The position numbers and the translations under genes were made by a program. Below the pieces are notes generated by a model. It made no database searches. It was not told the DNA's origin and saw only the letters and a program-made list of their open reading frames with translations. From Acidimicrobiales bacterium (GTDB lineage Bacteria > Actinomycetota > Acidimicrobiia > Acidimicrobiales > CADCSY01): a DNA stretch of 64,000 nucleotides. The stretch is from the NCBI GenBank assembly GCA_030446545.1, contig JAUJNB010000001.1, positions 212,550-276,549 on the forward strand. Direction: 5' to 3'. Shown here one piece after another: positions 39,610 to 49,283 of this stretch (the stretch's first letter is position 1; the number at the start of each line of letters is the position of its first letter).

Positions 39610-41168
39610 CCCAGGGCGTGGACCGAGAAGATCCCGGGCGCTTCCCGCAGCCGGGCCACCAGCTCGACCGGCGCCGGCTGGTCGGTGGCCAGGGTCATCA
39701 GCGCCGCCTCGCCTTCGGGCGAGCGACCCACGTGGATGTCGGAGATGTTGATCCCGGCGTCGCCCAGTGCGGTGGTGACCATCCCGATCATGCCGGGCCG
39801 GTCGTCGTTGCGCAGCACCAGCATGTGGTCGGCCGGCGGGACCTCCACGGTGTGGTCGTCGAGCATGACGATGCGAGGCTCGCCCCGCAACCCGGCCAAG
39901 GTGCCCCCGATGGCATGGTGGCCGCCCCGCAGGGTGATGAGGTTGACGTAGTCCTGCACCGACGACGTGGTGGTCTCGCGCACCTGGACCCCTCGTTCCT
40001 CGGCCAGTTGGGGCGCATTCACGTAGGAGACGGGCTCGTGCACCACGCCGCTGAAGACCCCTTTCAGCACCGACAAGGTCAGGATGCGGGTGTCGTAGTC
40101 GGCCAGCTGACCCTGATAGGTGACTTCCAGGACCTGGGGCACCCCTTCGTTGAGGCGGGCGAACAGCATCCCCAACCGTTCGGCCAGAGGCAGGAAGGGT
40201 CGCACCGTCTCCGATGCCTCGCTGGCGCTCACGTTGACGGCGAAGGGCACGAACTCCCCGGCCAGGGCCAGGGTGACCTGCTCGGCGATGGTCACGCCGG
40301 CCTTGTCCTGGGCCTCGGTCGTGCTGGCCCCGAGATGGGGGGTGACGACCACCGAGTCCATCTCGAACAGAGGGGATTCGGTGGTGGGCTCGGCCGCGAA
40401 CACGTCGAGGGCGGCACCACCCACGATGCCCTCTCCGATGGCCCAGGCCAGTGCGTCCTCGTCGACGATCCCACCGCGGGCGGTATTGATCACCCGCAGG
40501 CCCGGCTTGGCCTGGGCCAGCCGGTCCTTGCCCAACAGCCCGATCGTCTCGGGCGTGCGGGCCACGTGGATGGTGACGAAGTCGGACCGGGCCAGGAGGT
40601 CGTCGAGGCTGACCAGCTCGAGGCCGAGCTGGCGGGCCCGCTCCTCCGAGACGTAGGGGTCATGGGCCAAAAGGCGCATGCCGAAGGCGGCGGCCCGCTG
40701 GGCCACCAGGGTCCCGATACGGCCCAGGCCGATCACCCCGAGGGACTTGCCATGCAACTCCACCCCCTCCCAGCGGGAGCGCTCCCACCGTCCGGCCTTG
40801 AGGGCGGCACTGGCCTGGGGGATGTTGCGGGCCTGGGCCAGCAGCAGGCCCAGGGCGTGCTCGGCGGCGGAGAGGATGTTCGACTGGGGAGCGTTGACGA
40901 CCATGACCCCCCGCCGGGTGGCGGCGGCCACGTCGACGTTGTCCAGCCCGATGCCGGCCCGGCCCACCACCACCAGGTCGGCCCCGGCCTCGATGGCCTC
41001 GGCCGTCACGTCGGTGGCCGAGCGCACGATCAGGGCCGCAGCCCCGGGGATGACCTCCAAGAGCTGCTCGGCCGAGAGCCCGAGGCGCTCGTCGACATCG
41101 TGGCCGGCGTGGGCCAGTCCCTGCAGTCCGGCCTCGGCCAGCTTCTCGGTCACCAGCACTCGTGCCAT
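39606..41168 (-). CDS. serA: D-3-phosphoglycerate dehydrogenase (long form with ASB and ACT domains)
   Basis: GVIGLGRIGTLVA NAD motif and a C-terminal ACT domain. Only the last 520 aa of the 1023-aa track ORF are serA. Confidence 0.95.
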   Translation of the reverse strand: MARVLVTEKLAEAGLQGLAHAGHDVDERLGLSAEQLLEVIPGAAALIVRSATDVTAEAIEAGADLVVVGRAGIGLDNVDVAAATRRGVMVVNAPQSNILSAAEHALGLLLAQARNIPQASAALKAGRWERSRWEGVELHGKSLGVIGLGRIGTLVAQRAAAFGMRLLAHDPYVSEERARQLGLELVSLDDLLARSDFVTIHVARTPETIGLLGKDRLAQAKPGLRVINTARGGIVDEDALAWAIGEGIVGGAALDVFAAEPTTESPLFEMDSVVVTPHLGASTTEAQDKAGVTIAEQVTLALAGEFVPFAVNVSASEASETVRPFLPLAERLGMLFARLNEGVPQVLEVTYQGQLADYDTRILTLSVLKGVFSGVVHEPVSYVNAPQLAEERGVQVRETTTSSVQDYVNLITLRGGHHAIGGTLAGLRGEPRIVMLDDHTVEVPPADHMLVLRNDDRPGMIGMVTTALGDAGINISDIHVGRSPEGEAALMTLATDQPAPVELVARLREAPGIFSVHALG

Positions 41169-41266
41169 GGCCCCCATGGTGGCGGCTGGACGGGTCGAGG
41201 GGCGAACCGGCCTGTTGGGCCTGGACGTCGCCCGGACCCGCCGCGAGTGAACGACGGCCGGGTGAG

Positions 41267-42469
41267 CTACCCGGCCAGGAGCTTGGCCAGGCGGGCCATG
41301 CCGTCCTCCAGGTCGTCGTCGCCGAGGGCGAAGGACAGCCGGCAGTAGCCCGGGCTGGCAAAGGCCTCGCCGGGAACGACGGCCACCTTGGCCTCCTCCA
41401 GCATCACCTCGGCCAGCTCCAGGGTGGTGCCGACGAGTCGTCCGCCGATCTCCCGCCCGAGGACCCCCTCGAAGGAAGGGAAGGCGTAGAACGCCCCCTC
41501 CGGTCGCAGGCAGGTCACCCCGGGAATACCGGCCAGCAGGTCGAACATCCGCCGCCGGCGGCGGTCGAAGGCCTCCCGCATGCGGACCACGTCGTCGAGG
41601 CTGCCACTGACCGCCGCCAGGGCGGCCCGCTGCGAGACGTTGGCCACGTTGGAGGTGGCGTGGGACTGCAGGCCGGCGGCGGCGGCCGACACGTCGGCCG
41701 GGGCGATCATCCACCCGACCCGCCACCCGGTCATGGCGTAGGTCTTGGCCACCCCGTTGACCACCACGCAACGGTCGGCCAGCTCGGGCACCAGCACCGG
41801 CATGGACGAGAAGCGGTGGTCGTCGTAGGTCAGATGCTCGTAGATCTCGTCGGTCAGCACCCAGATGCCCCGCTCGGCGGCCCAGCGGCCGATGGCCGCC
41901 ACCTGCTCGGGGGAGTACACCGCCCCGCTGGGGTTCGAGGGGGACACGAACACCAGCACCTTGGTGCGCTCGGTGGTGGCCGCCTCGAGCTGGTCGACGC
42001 CGACCTTGAAGCCGCTGGCGGCATCGGTGGGGATCACCACCGCCTTGGCCCCGAACAGGGCGATGGGCTCGGGATAGGTGGTCCAGTACGGCGAGGGCAG
42101 GAGGACCTCGTCGCCGGGGTCGAGCAGGGTGGCGAAGGCGGTGTAGATGGCGTGCTTGCCCCCGTTGGTGACCAGCACCTGGGACGCCTCCACCTCCAGG
42201 CCCGAGTCCCTCCTCGTCTTGGCGGCGATGGCGCTTCGCAGCTCGGGCAGACCGGCAGCCGGCGTGTAGCGGTGGTTGCGGGGCTCGTGACAAGCAGCGG
42301 CCGCTGCCTCCACGACGTGGGCGGGACTGGGGAAGTCGGGTTCGCCGGCGGCGAAGACGATGACGTCCTCCCCCGCCGCCTTGAGGGCCTTGGCCCTGGC
42401 GTCCACGGCCAGGGTGGCGGAGGGGGTGATGGCGCCCACCCGTTCGGAGATGCGAGACATGTCCGCCAT
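41267..42469 (-). CDS. aspC: aspartate/aromatic aminotransferase (class I PLP enzyme)
   Basis: Motifs are [18 protein letters not shown], and the PLP-binding lysine context [13 protein letters not shown]. Confidence 0.9.
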   Translation of the reverse strand: MADMSRISERVGAITPSATLAVDARAKALKAAGEDVIVFAAGEPDFPSPAHVVEAAAAACHEPRNHRYTPAAGLPELRSAIAAKTRRDSGLEVEASQVLVTNGGKHAIYTAFATLLDPGDEVLLPSPYWTTYPEPIALFGAKAVVIPTDAASGFKVGVDQLEAATTERTKVLVFVSPSNPSGAVYSPEQVAAIGRWAAERGIWVLTDEIYEHLTYDDHRFSSMPVLVPELADRCVVVNGVAKTYAMTGWRVGWMIAPADVSAAAAGLQSHATSNVANVSQRAALAAVSGSLDDVVRMREAFDRRRRRMFDLLAGIPGVTCLRPEGAFYAFPSFEGVLGREIGGRLVGTTLELAEVMLEEAKVAVVPGEAFASPGYCRLSFALGDDDLEDGMARLAKLLAG

Positions 42470-42475
42470 AGTGGC

Positions 42476-43618
<1,143 letters not shown>

Positions 43619-43738
43619 GCGCCCACGCCGCACGGCAGAGCCCAGGCCCTCGCCCGGCATCGGGCCAACCCTGCACCATCCGTGCGACCACGGCGATCAG
43701 GGGCTGCCCTGTGGTCGATGCCGACCCAGGGCGCGACC

Positions 43739-44119
43739 ATGCTGGTCATGGAGGAGACCGAGACCACCGTGGTGATCGTCGACGACCACGACGGCTTCCG
43801 GCGCATGGCCCGACGCCTGCTGGAGTCGGAGGGGTACCAGGTGGTGGGCGAGGCCGCCGACGGCAGGAGCGCCCTGGCGACCATCGCCACCCTGCGGCCC
43901 CGGCTGGTCGTCCTCGACATCCAGCTCCCCGACATCGACGGGTTCGAGGTGGCCAGGTTGGTCAGCCGGGACCACCGCGAGACGGGCATCGTGCTGACGT
44001 CCAGCCGGTCGGCGACCGACTACGGCACCCGCATCGCCGACAGCCCGGCCCGGGGGTTCGTGGCCAAGGCCGACCTTTCGGGTCCGGCCCTGAGTGGTCT
44101 GTTGGGTGAGGACCGGTGA
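43739..44119 (+). CDS. stand-alone receiver-domain response regulator (no output domain)
   Basis: VVIVDDH...VVLDIQLPDIDG...KAD receiver motifs are present. The start is ambiguous and could lie anywhere from 43682 to 43739. Confidence 0.75.
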   Translation: MLVMEETETTVVIVDDHDGFRRMARRLLESEGYQVVGEAADGRSALATIATLRPRLVVLDIQLPDIDGFEVARLVSRDHRETGIVLTSSRSATDYGTRIADSPARGFVAKADLSGPALSGLLGEDR

Positions 44120-45840
44120 GGCGACGGCTCCCGGTCTGGTGGATCGTCCTCACCCTGGTGCCGGTGGCCGTGGTGGTGGTCGACGCCGTGGCCGACGACT
44201 ACGAGGATCTGCTCGAGCGGGTCGTCGCCGTCGGCATCGGGGTGCTGTTCGTGGCCGCCGGGCTGGTCGCCTGGACCAAGCGGCCGGGCAGCGTCATCGC
44301 CCGACTGATCGCCTACGCCGGGTTGGCCTGGCTGTGGGCCGGGGTGCTGACCGGGAGCACCAACGCCGTGGTGTTCACCGCCGGGCTGTTCGTGGGTAGC
44401 CTCACCGCCGGCCTGCTGGCCCACCTGGCGGTGGCCTACCCGAGTGGGCGCCTCACGTCGCCCTCCGAGCGGGCTGTTGTGGTGGCGGCCTACGCCGCCG
44501 CTGTGGCCTTCGTCACCGTCGACCGACCCGATCCGGGCTACCCGCCGAACCTGGTCCAGCTGAGCGCCGAGCGGGGGGTGGGCCGGGCGGTCGAGATCGC
44601 CATCTTGGTCCTCACCCTGCCGGTCATCGCCGCCTTCGTGGCCACCCTGGTCGGCCACTGGCGGGGGGCGGGCTCCGCGGGCCGTCGGACCCTGGCCCCG
44701 ATCGTGCCCGGTGCCTGCCTGGTGGCGGTCCTGTCGGGCGTGTCGATCCTCGAGCAGCTGGGTCTGTTCAGCTTCGACTCCCGCTGGGGGGTGGTGCAGC
44801 TCGGGCTCCTGGTGGCCGTTCCCCTGGTGTTCCTGGCCAGCGTCCTGCGCAGTTACCTCGACCGGGCCGGCGTGGGCGGCCTGGTGGTCGAGCTGGGCGA
44901 CACCGGGCCCCGAGGCCAACTGCGACCGGCGCTGGCCCGGGCCCTGCGTGACCCCAGCGTCGAGGTGGCCTACTGGCTGGCCGACAGGGCCGGCTACGTG
45001 GACTCCGAGGGGCGCCCTCTGGAGCTCCCCGCCGGTGGCAGCCGCCGCTCGGTGACCGTCATAGAGCGCGGGGGCGAGCGGGTGGGGGCCCTGGTCCACG
45101 ACGCCATCCTGGGCGAGGAGCCGGCGCTGGTCGAGGCGGCTGCCGCCGCCGTGGGCATGGCCATGGAGAACGAGCGCCTCCACGCCGAGGTGCTGGCCCG
45201 CCTGGAGGAGGTACGGGCCTCGCGGGCACGCATCGTGGAGGCCGGCGACGCCGAGCGGCGGCGGGTGGAGCGCAACCTCCACGACGGCGCCCAACAGCGC
45301 CTGGTGGGCCTGTCGCTGGCGCTCGCCATGGCCCGCCAGCGCCTGCCCCCCGAGCCCGGTGGCGGTGACGGCGTCGACACACTCCTGGCCGAGGCCTCCG
45401 AGGAGCTGGCCCTGGCCCTGCGGGAGCTGCGGGAGCTGGCCCGGGGCATCCATCCCGCCATCCTCAGCGAGGTGGGGTTGCGGGGAGCGGTGGAGTCGCT
45501 GGCCGAGCGGGCGCCGGTACCCGTGTCGGTGCGGGCCGAGGTCGAGGCCGAGGGTCGCCTCCCCCCGGCGGTGGAGGTGGCCGCCTACTTCGTGATCTCG
45601 GAGTCGCTGGCCAACGTGGCCAAGTACGCCCGGGCCACCTCGGTCACCGTCACCGTCACCCGCCGTGACGGCCGGCTGCGGGTCGAGGTGGCCGACGACG
45701 GCGTGGGCGGTGCGTGCGGGCACGCCGGCTCGGGCCTCGAAGGCCTGGGCGACCGGGTGGCGGCCCTCGACGGGACGCTGGAGGTCGACAGTCCTCCAGG
45801 AGGCGGCACCCGGGTGACGGCGGAGGTCCCGTGCGGGTGA
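44116..45840 (+). CDS. membrane sensor histidine kinase, HisKA_3 (NarL-partner) type
   Basis: About 6 N-terminal TM helices. The H-box is RRRVERNLHDGAQQRL, and the HATPase_c motifs are ANVAKYA and DDGVGG...GSGLEGLGDRV. Confidence 0.9.
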   Translation: MRRRLPVWWIVLTLVPVAVVVVDAVADDYEDLLERVVAVGIGVLFVAAGLVAWTKRPGSVIARLIAYAGLAWLWAGVLTGSTNAVVFTAGLFVGSLTAGLLAHLAVAYPSGRLTSPSERAVVVAAYAAAVAFVTVDRPDPGYPPNLVQLSAERGVGRAVEIAILVLTLPVIAAFVATLVGHWRGAGSAGRRTLAPIVPGACLVAVLSGVSILEQLGLFSFDSRWGVVQLGLLVAVPLVFLASVLRSYLDRAGVGGLVVELGDTGPRGQLRPALARALRDPSVEVAYWLADRAGYVDSEGRPLELPAGGSRRSVTVIERGGERVGALVHDAILGEEPALVEAAAAAVGMAMENERLHAEVLARLEEVRASRARIVEAGDAERRRVERNLHDGAQQRLVGLSLALAMARQRLPPEPGGGDGVDTLLAEASEELALALRELRELARGIHPAILSEVGLRGAVESLAERAPVPVSVRAEVEAEGRLPPAVEVAAYFVISESLANVAKYARATSVTVTVTRRDGRLRVEVADDGVGGACGHAGSGLEGLGDRVAALDGTLEVDSPPGGGTRVTAEVPCG

Positions 45841-45929
45841 TCCTGGCCGACGACGCCCCGCTGGTGCGGACCGGGATCGCCCGGCTCCTGGAAGACGCCG
45901 GGTTCGAGGTGGTGGCCCAGCTCGACGCG
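45831..45929 (+). pseudogene. 5' fragment (~33 codons) of a NarL/LuxR-type response regulator, truncated at a junction
   Basis: VRVILADDAPLVRTGIARLLEDAGFEVVAQLDA, after which the sequence is no longer receiver-like. Confidence 0.7.
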
Positions 45930-45982
45930 ACCCCTTCCATCTCCAGGCTCTTGATCAGGGCTTGGGCTCCGGTCAGCTTCAT
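45929..45982 (-). pseudogene. ilvB: 5' stub (18 codons) of acetolactate synthase large subunit
   Basis: An AGGAG RBS precedes ATG 45982. MKLTGAQALIKSLEMEGV matches the conserved IlvB N-terminus (..TGAQALIRSLEELGV|DVVFGIPGG). The expected FGIPGG continuation is absent. Confidence 0.7.
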
Positions 45983-46024
45983 GGCGCTCCTGGCTTTCGA
46001 TCGTGGGACGGGCGGAAAACTGGA

Positions 46025-46048
46025 ACGACCTCCCGGAGGGGAGGTCGT
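46025..46048 (-). terminator. attenuator-like hairpin upstream of the ilvB stub
   Basis: The minus strand reads ACGACCTCCC-CTCC-GGGAGGTCGT followed by TCCAGTTTTCC. The stem is 10 bp and the U-tract is short. Confidence 0.45.
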
Positions 46049-46075
46049 GGCGCACGCGGAGGAGGTCGGCGCGCG

Positions 46076-46132
46076 CTAGGTGATGGCTACGAGGAGGTGG
46101 GAGGCGGCGGACATCGGAGGCCAGTCTGTCAT
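46076..46132 (-). promoter_or_regulatory. candidate ilvB leader peptide MTDWPPMSAASHLLVAIT
   Basis: 18 codons ending in Leu-Leu-Val-Ala-Ile-Thr, including the rare GTA Val codon. Its ATG overlaps the MarR TGA as ATGA. Confidence 0.45.
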
Positions 46133-46605
46133 CGATCGTCGCCCTTCGCAACCGGTCGCTGGTCGTCGGCCAGGAGCGCCTCCGACGTCCGTCGGAGGGC
46201 GGCGAGCTGGCCGGTGTCGAGCCGGGCGGTGAAGTGCCGTTCGATGCCGCGCAGGTAGGCCGGGGCGGCCCGGCGCAGCGCGGCCCGGCCTGTGTCGGTG
46301 AGGGCGGCGAAGGTCGCTCGTCGGTCGTCAGGGCAGGGCTCGCGGCGCACCAGGCCCTGTTGGCACAGCTCGTCGACGATGCGGCTGACCCGGCTGCGGC
46401 TCAGCACCGACCGCTCCCCCAGCTCCTGCATGCGCAGTCGCCTCCGGGGCGCCACCGACAGCGCCAACAACACGTCATAGGCCCCGAGCGACATGTCCCG
46501 GGCGACTTGGAGGTCTCCCTCGATCCGGCGGGTGACGGCGGCGTGGGCCCGGAGAAAGGCCGACCAGGTGGCCACCCCTTCGTCTTCTCGCCAGCGGGCC
46601 ACCAC
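46129..46605 (-). CDS. MarR family transcriptional regulator
   Basis: The winged-helix core reads LRMQELGERSVLSRSRVSRIVDELCQQGLVRREPCPDDRRA. The start is GTG 46605 or 46602. Confidence 0.85.
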   Translation of the reverse strand: MVARWREDEGVATWSAFLRAHAAVTRRIEGDLQVARDMSLGAYDVLLALSVAPRRRLRMQELGERSVLSRSRVSRIVDELCQQGLVRREPCPDDRRATFAALTDTGRAALRRAAPAYLRGIERHFTARLDTGQLAALRRTSEALLADDQRPVAKGDDR

Positions 46606-46628
46606 GTCGCCAGAGTAGCCGGAATATC

Positions 46629-46667
46629 TGTGCCCCTGCACACAGTTAGAAGTACGTGCGGTAGCAC
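46629..46667. promoter_or_regulatory. two similar inverted repeats, TGTGC-N4-GCACA and GTGC-N4-GCAC (candidate MarR operators)
   Basis: They lie at 46629-46642 and 46656-46667, in the AT-richer divergent gap between the MarR and rhodanese genes. Confidence 0.4.
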
Positions 46668-46740
46668 ACAAATCTTGGCTGCCGTGATGTCCCCACCCCG
46701 ACCGCCGTCCTCGACGGCGCCCAAGAAGGAGCGTGAAGCG

Positions 46741-47097
46741 ATGTCCACACCCAGGACCATCACCCGAGAAGAGGTCGAGGCCATGATCGACGCCGGTGAC
46801 GCCATCGTGCTGGAGGCGCTCCCACCAGCGCACTGGGAGCAGGGCCACCTCCCAGGGGCGCTGAACCTTCCCCACGACCGGGTGGACGAGCTGGCCCCGG
46901 TGATCGTCCCCGACAAGTCGACCCCGATCATCGTGTACTGCGCCAACGGCCCGTGCCCCAACTCGGGCGTGGCCGCCCGGCGCCTGGAGCAACTGGGCTA
47001 CACCAACGTGGTCGACTACCAGCTCGGCAAGCAGGACTGGGTGGAGGCCGGCCTGGCCCTCGAGAGCGGGGCACCCGAGACCGTTCCCGAACGCTGA
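46741..47097 (+). CDS. rhodanese-like sulfurtransferase domain protein
   Basis: The GHLPGALNLP motif and the active-site loop YCANGPCPNS are present. Confidence 0.85.
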   Translation: MSTPRTITREEVEAMIDAGDAIVLEALPPAHWEQGHLPGALNLPHDRVDELAPVIVPDKSTPIIVYCANGPCPNSGVAARRLEQLGYTNVVDYQLGKQDWVEAGLALESGAPETVPER

Positions 47098-47112
47098 TAC
47101 CGGCGGCGCCGA

Positions 47113-47143
47113 CCGGGTGGGAGGGCAGTCTCTTCCCACCCGG
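47113..47143 (+). terminator. 10-bp-stem hairpin just after the rhodanese stop (no U-tract)
   Basis: CCGGGTGGGA-(11 nt)-TCCCACCCGG. Confidence 0.4.
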
Positions 47144-47158
47144 CGTGCATCGACCGGC

Positions 47159-47389
47159 ATGGGGGTGGAGCATGGACCGGTGACGGCCGACGCAGCCAGG
47201 GCCGTCGAGAACGCCCATGCCTGGTTCGAGGCCAACAGCGGGTGGGCCCCTCCCGACCCGGACGAGCTCCTGGAGTGGCTGGGTGACGGCGTCTGCCGGT
47301 GCCCGGACGACTGCCTCGTCGAGCCCCACTCCTGGTGCACCCACGGCTTGGCGTCGTGGTACCTCATCCTCCGCTCGCTGGACGGGTAG
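47159..47389 (+). CDS. small Cys/His-rich hypothetical protein (76 aa)
   Basis: MGVEHGPVTADAARAVENAHAWFEANSGW...GDGVCRCPDDCLVEPHSWCTHGLASWY. The composition is protein-like, and no family is recognised. Confidence 0.45.
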   Translation: MGVEHGPVTADAARAVENAHAWFEANSGWAPPDPDELLEWLGDGVCRCPDDCLVEPHSWCTHGLASWYLILRSLDG

Positions 47390-47447
47390 GCCGACCGTGG
47401 TCGTGCCGGCGCGGAACGCTGAGTGGCCTGCTGGACAGGTGGAGTAT

Positions 47448-47999
47448 GTGAGCATTGCGGAGCCAGATCGGGAGATGCGCTTCCGGGCGCTCTACGCCGA
47501 TGCCTACGGCGACGTGCTGCGCTTCGCCCAGCGGCGCGTGCACCCCTCCCAAGCCGAGGACGTCGCCGCAGACGCCTTTCTCGTGGTGTGGCGACGCCTC
47601 GACGACGCCCCCAAGGCACCGAACGACGTGCGGGCGTGGTTGTTCGGAATCACTCGATACTGCCTTCTCAACACGCGCAGGGGTGACGGGCGACGCCAGG
47701 CGCTCGCAGTCCGGGTGGCCGAGACGGCGCCGTCGGTCGGCCTGGCGGTGGGACTTGACGCCGATCTCGTCGCCCAGCGGATCGACCTGGCCGCCGCCTG
47801 GCGACGACTGAGCGAGACCGGCCAAGAGGCGCTCTCACTCGCCGTCTTCGAGGACCTCAGCTCCCCCCAGGCGGCCCGGGTCCTCGGCATCACCCCCGCC
47901 TCCTATCGCCTCCGGCTGTTGCGGGCTAGGCGGGCCTTGCGCCGCCAACTCGACCTCGCCGGATCCCCGTCCTGCATGCAGATGGAGACCCAACCATGA
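47448..47999 (+). CDS. ECF (group 4) RNA polymerase sigma factor
   Basis: Region 2 reads FRALYADAYGDVLRFAQRRV...AEDVAADAFLVVW. Region 4 reads LSETGQEALSLAVFEDLSSPQAARVLGITPASYRLRLLRARRAL. Confidence 0.85.
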   Translation: MSIAEPDREMRFRALYADAYGDVLRFAQRRVHPSQAEDVAADAFLVVWRRLDDAPKAPNDVRAWLFGITRYCLLNTRRGDGRRQALAVRVAETAPSVGLAVGLDADLVAQRIDLAAAWRRLSETGQEALSLAVFEDLSSPQAARVLGITPASYRLRLLRARRALRRQLDLAGSPSCMQMETQP

Positions 48000-48820
48000 A
48001 CGTGCGAACTGACGCCGCACTCCGGTCCCTCGACGCGGCGGTGAGGACCCTCTCTGCCGGCGAGCAGGCGCGAGCCCGGGCAACGCTCGAACGGATCATC
48101 GTCAGCGTGGCGTCCATCGAGGCTCTCCCGCCCGGCGCCACCTCGAGTCGTCGCCGGTTGCGTCGCCCCCTGGCCCTGATCCCCGCAGCCGCGCTCGCCC
48201 TGATCGTCGGCTCGGTCGTGGTCCAGGGAGGCAGCGACGGGAACGCGGCCTACGGGTCGTGGACTGCCACCCCTGCGGCCGTCACCGGCGAAGACCTGGA
48301 CGCGGCCTCGTCGGCCTGTCGAGACAAGCTCCACGACGACGACACCATCGACGGGGACAGGGCCAGGCTCGTGCTTTCCGAGCGTCGGGGTGACCACGTC
48401 GCCCTGCTGTACCGCACGGAGGACCCGGATCTGTCCGCCGCCTGCCTGGTGCGCAACCCGCAGGGATCCACGGACGTCGACCGGGTCCACTTCGGGGTCG
48501 GCGGGAGTACCGGGCCTGTTCTGCAAGCTCCTGCAACCGGGTTCACCCAGGGCGCGGTCTCCGAGTACGACCACGGAGCCTCCTCCATCACTGACGGCGC
48601 GGTGGGTGAGGCGGTGACCGGCGTCACCATCCACGCCGGTGCCCTCACCGTCGAGGCCACCGTGGCCAACGGCCGGTACGCCGCCTGGTGGCCGGGACCG
48701 GCGTTCACCGGGCCCGTCGAGCCGAGCGGGCGGGGAGGACCCAGGCTCGCCCTCACCTACGACCTCACCATCACCGACGGCACCGTCATCCGCAACGCCC
48801 AGCCGACCCTTCCCTCCTAA
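47996..48820 (+). CDS. single-pass membrane protein coupled to the ECF sigma (putative anti-sigma factor)
   Basis: An ATGA overlap links it to the sigma gene. It has one TM helix (LALIPAAALALIVGSVVV) and an extracytoplasmic domain. Confidence 0.5.
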   Translation: MNVRTDAALRSLDAAVRTLSAGEQARARATLERIIVSVASIEALPPGATSSRRRLRRPLALIPAAALALIVGSVVVQGGSDGNAAYGSWTATPAAVTGEDLDAASSACRDKLHDDDTIDGDRARLVLSERRGDHVALLYRTEDPDLSAACLVRNPQGSTDVDRVHFGVGGSTGPVLQAPATGFTQGAVSEYDHGASSITDGAVGEAVTGVTIHAGALTVEATVANGRYAAWWPGPAFTGPVEPSGRGGPRLALTYDLTITDGTVIRNAQPTLPS

Positions 48821-48852
48821 CAGGTCGGTGACCGCCAGGGTGCATCGGCCGG

Positions 48853-49283
48853 TCAAGGGTCCCGGTCGAGATGTCCAGCCGGTCGGCGTGGCGGATGGCG
48901 GCCAGGCACCCGGCTCGGTGCTCCAGCCTCCGTCGATCCCCCGGTGAGAGCGGGGCGAAGGGGCGAGGGTGAAGCGCAGCCCGTCGCCGTCCCTGCGCTG
49001 CCTCCAGGTCCCCACCACCTCGGAGCCACGCAGGATGACGCCCGGGCTGGCCAACGGCCGCCAGATCTGCTTTTGATGTCGCGCCCGGGGACCACCAGGC
49101 AACGATGGCCGAGCACGGTCCTGGATGCCGATCCCCGACGCGGCCGTCGTCTCCCTCGCCCGTGGTGCGTCCAGATCCTGGACGGTGGCGCCCCGGGCGA
49201 CCACCGCCGGCGGTCCACGGCGGGCACCGACGCTGAGGCTGGCCGTGGTGGCCCCCTTGGTCCCTCTCCTCGGGCCGGCCGGC
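48853..49283 (-). pseudogene. 3' remnant of a winged-helix DNA glycosylase gene (YcaQ/AlkZ family), frameshifted and lacking its first ~250 codons
   Basis: The pieces lie in three frames: VLGHRCLVVPGRD, then GVILRGSEVVGTWRQRRDGDGLRFTLAP, then FAPLSPGDRRRLEHRAGCLAAI. Confidence 0.45.

Noticed and set aside
44020-45723. 567-aa minus-strand ORF
   Set aside because: It lies antisense to the histidine kinase gene, which has clear H-box and ATPase motifs, and it has a shadow-like composition.
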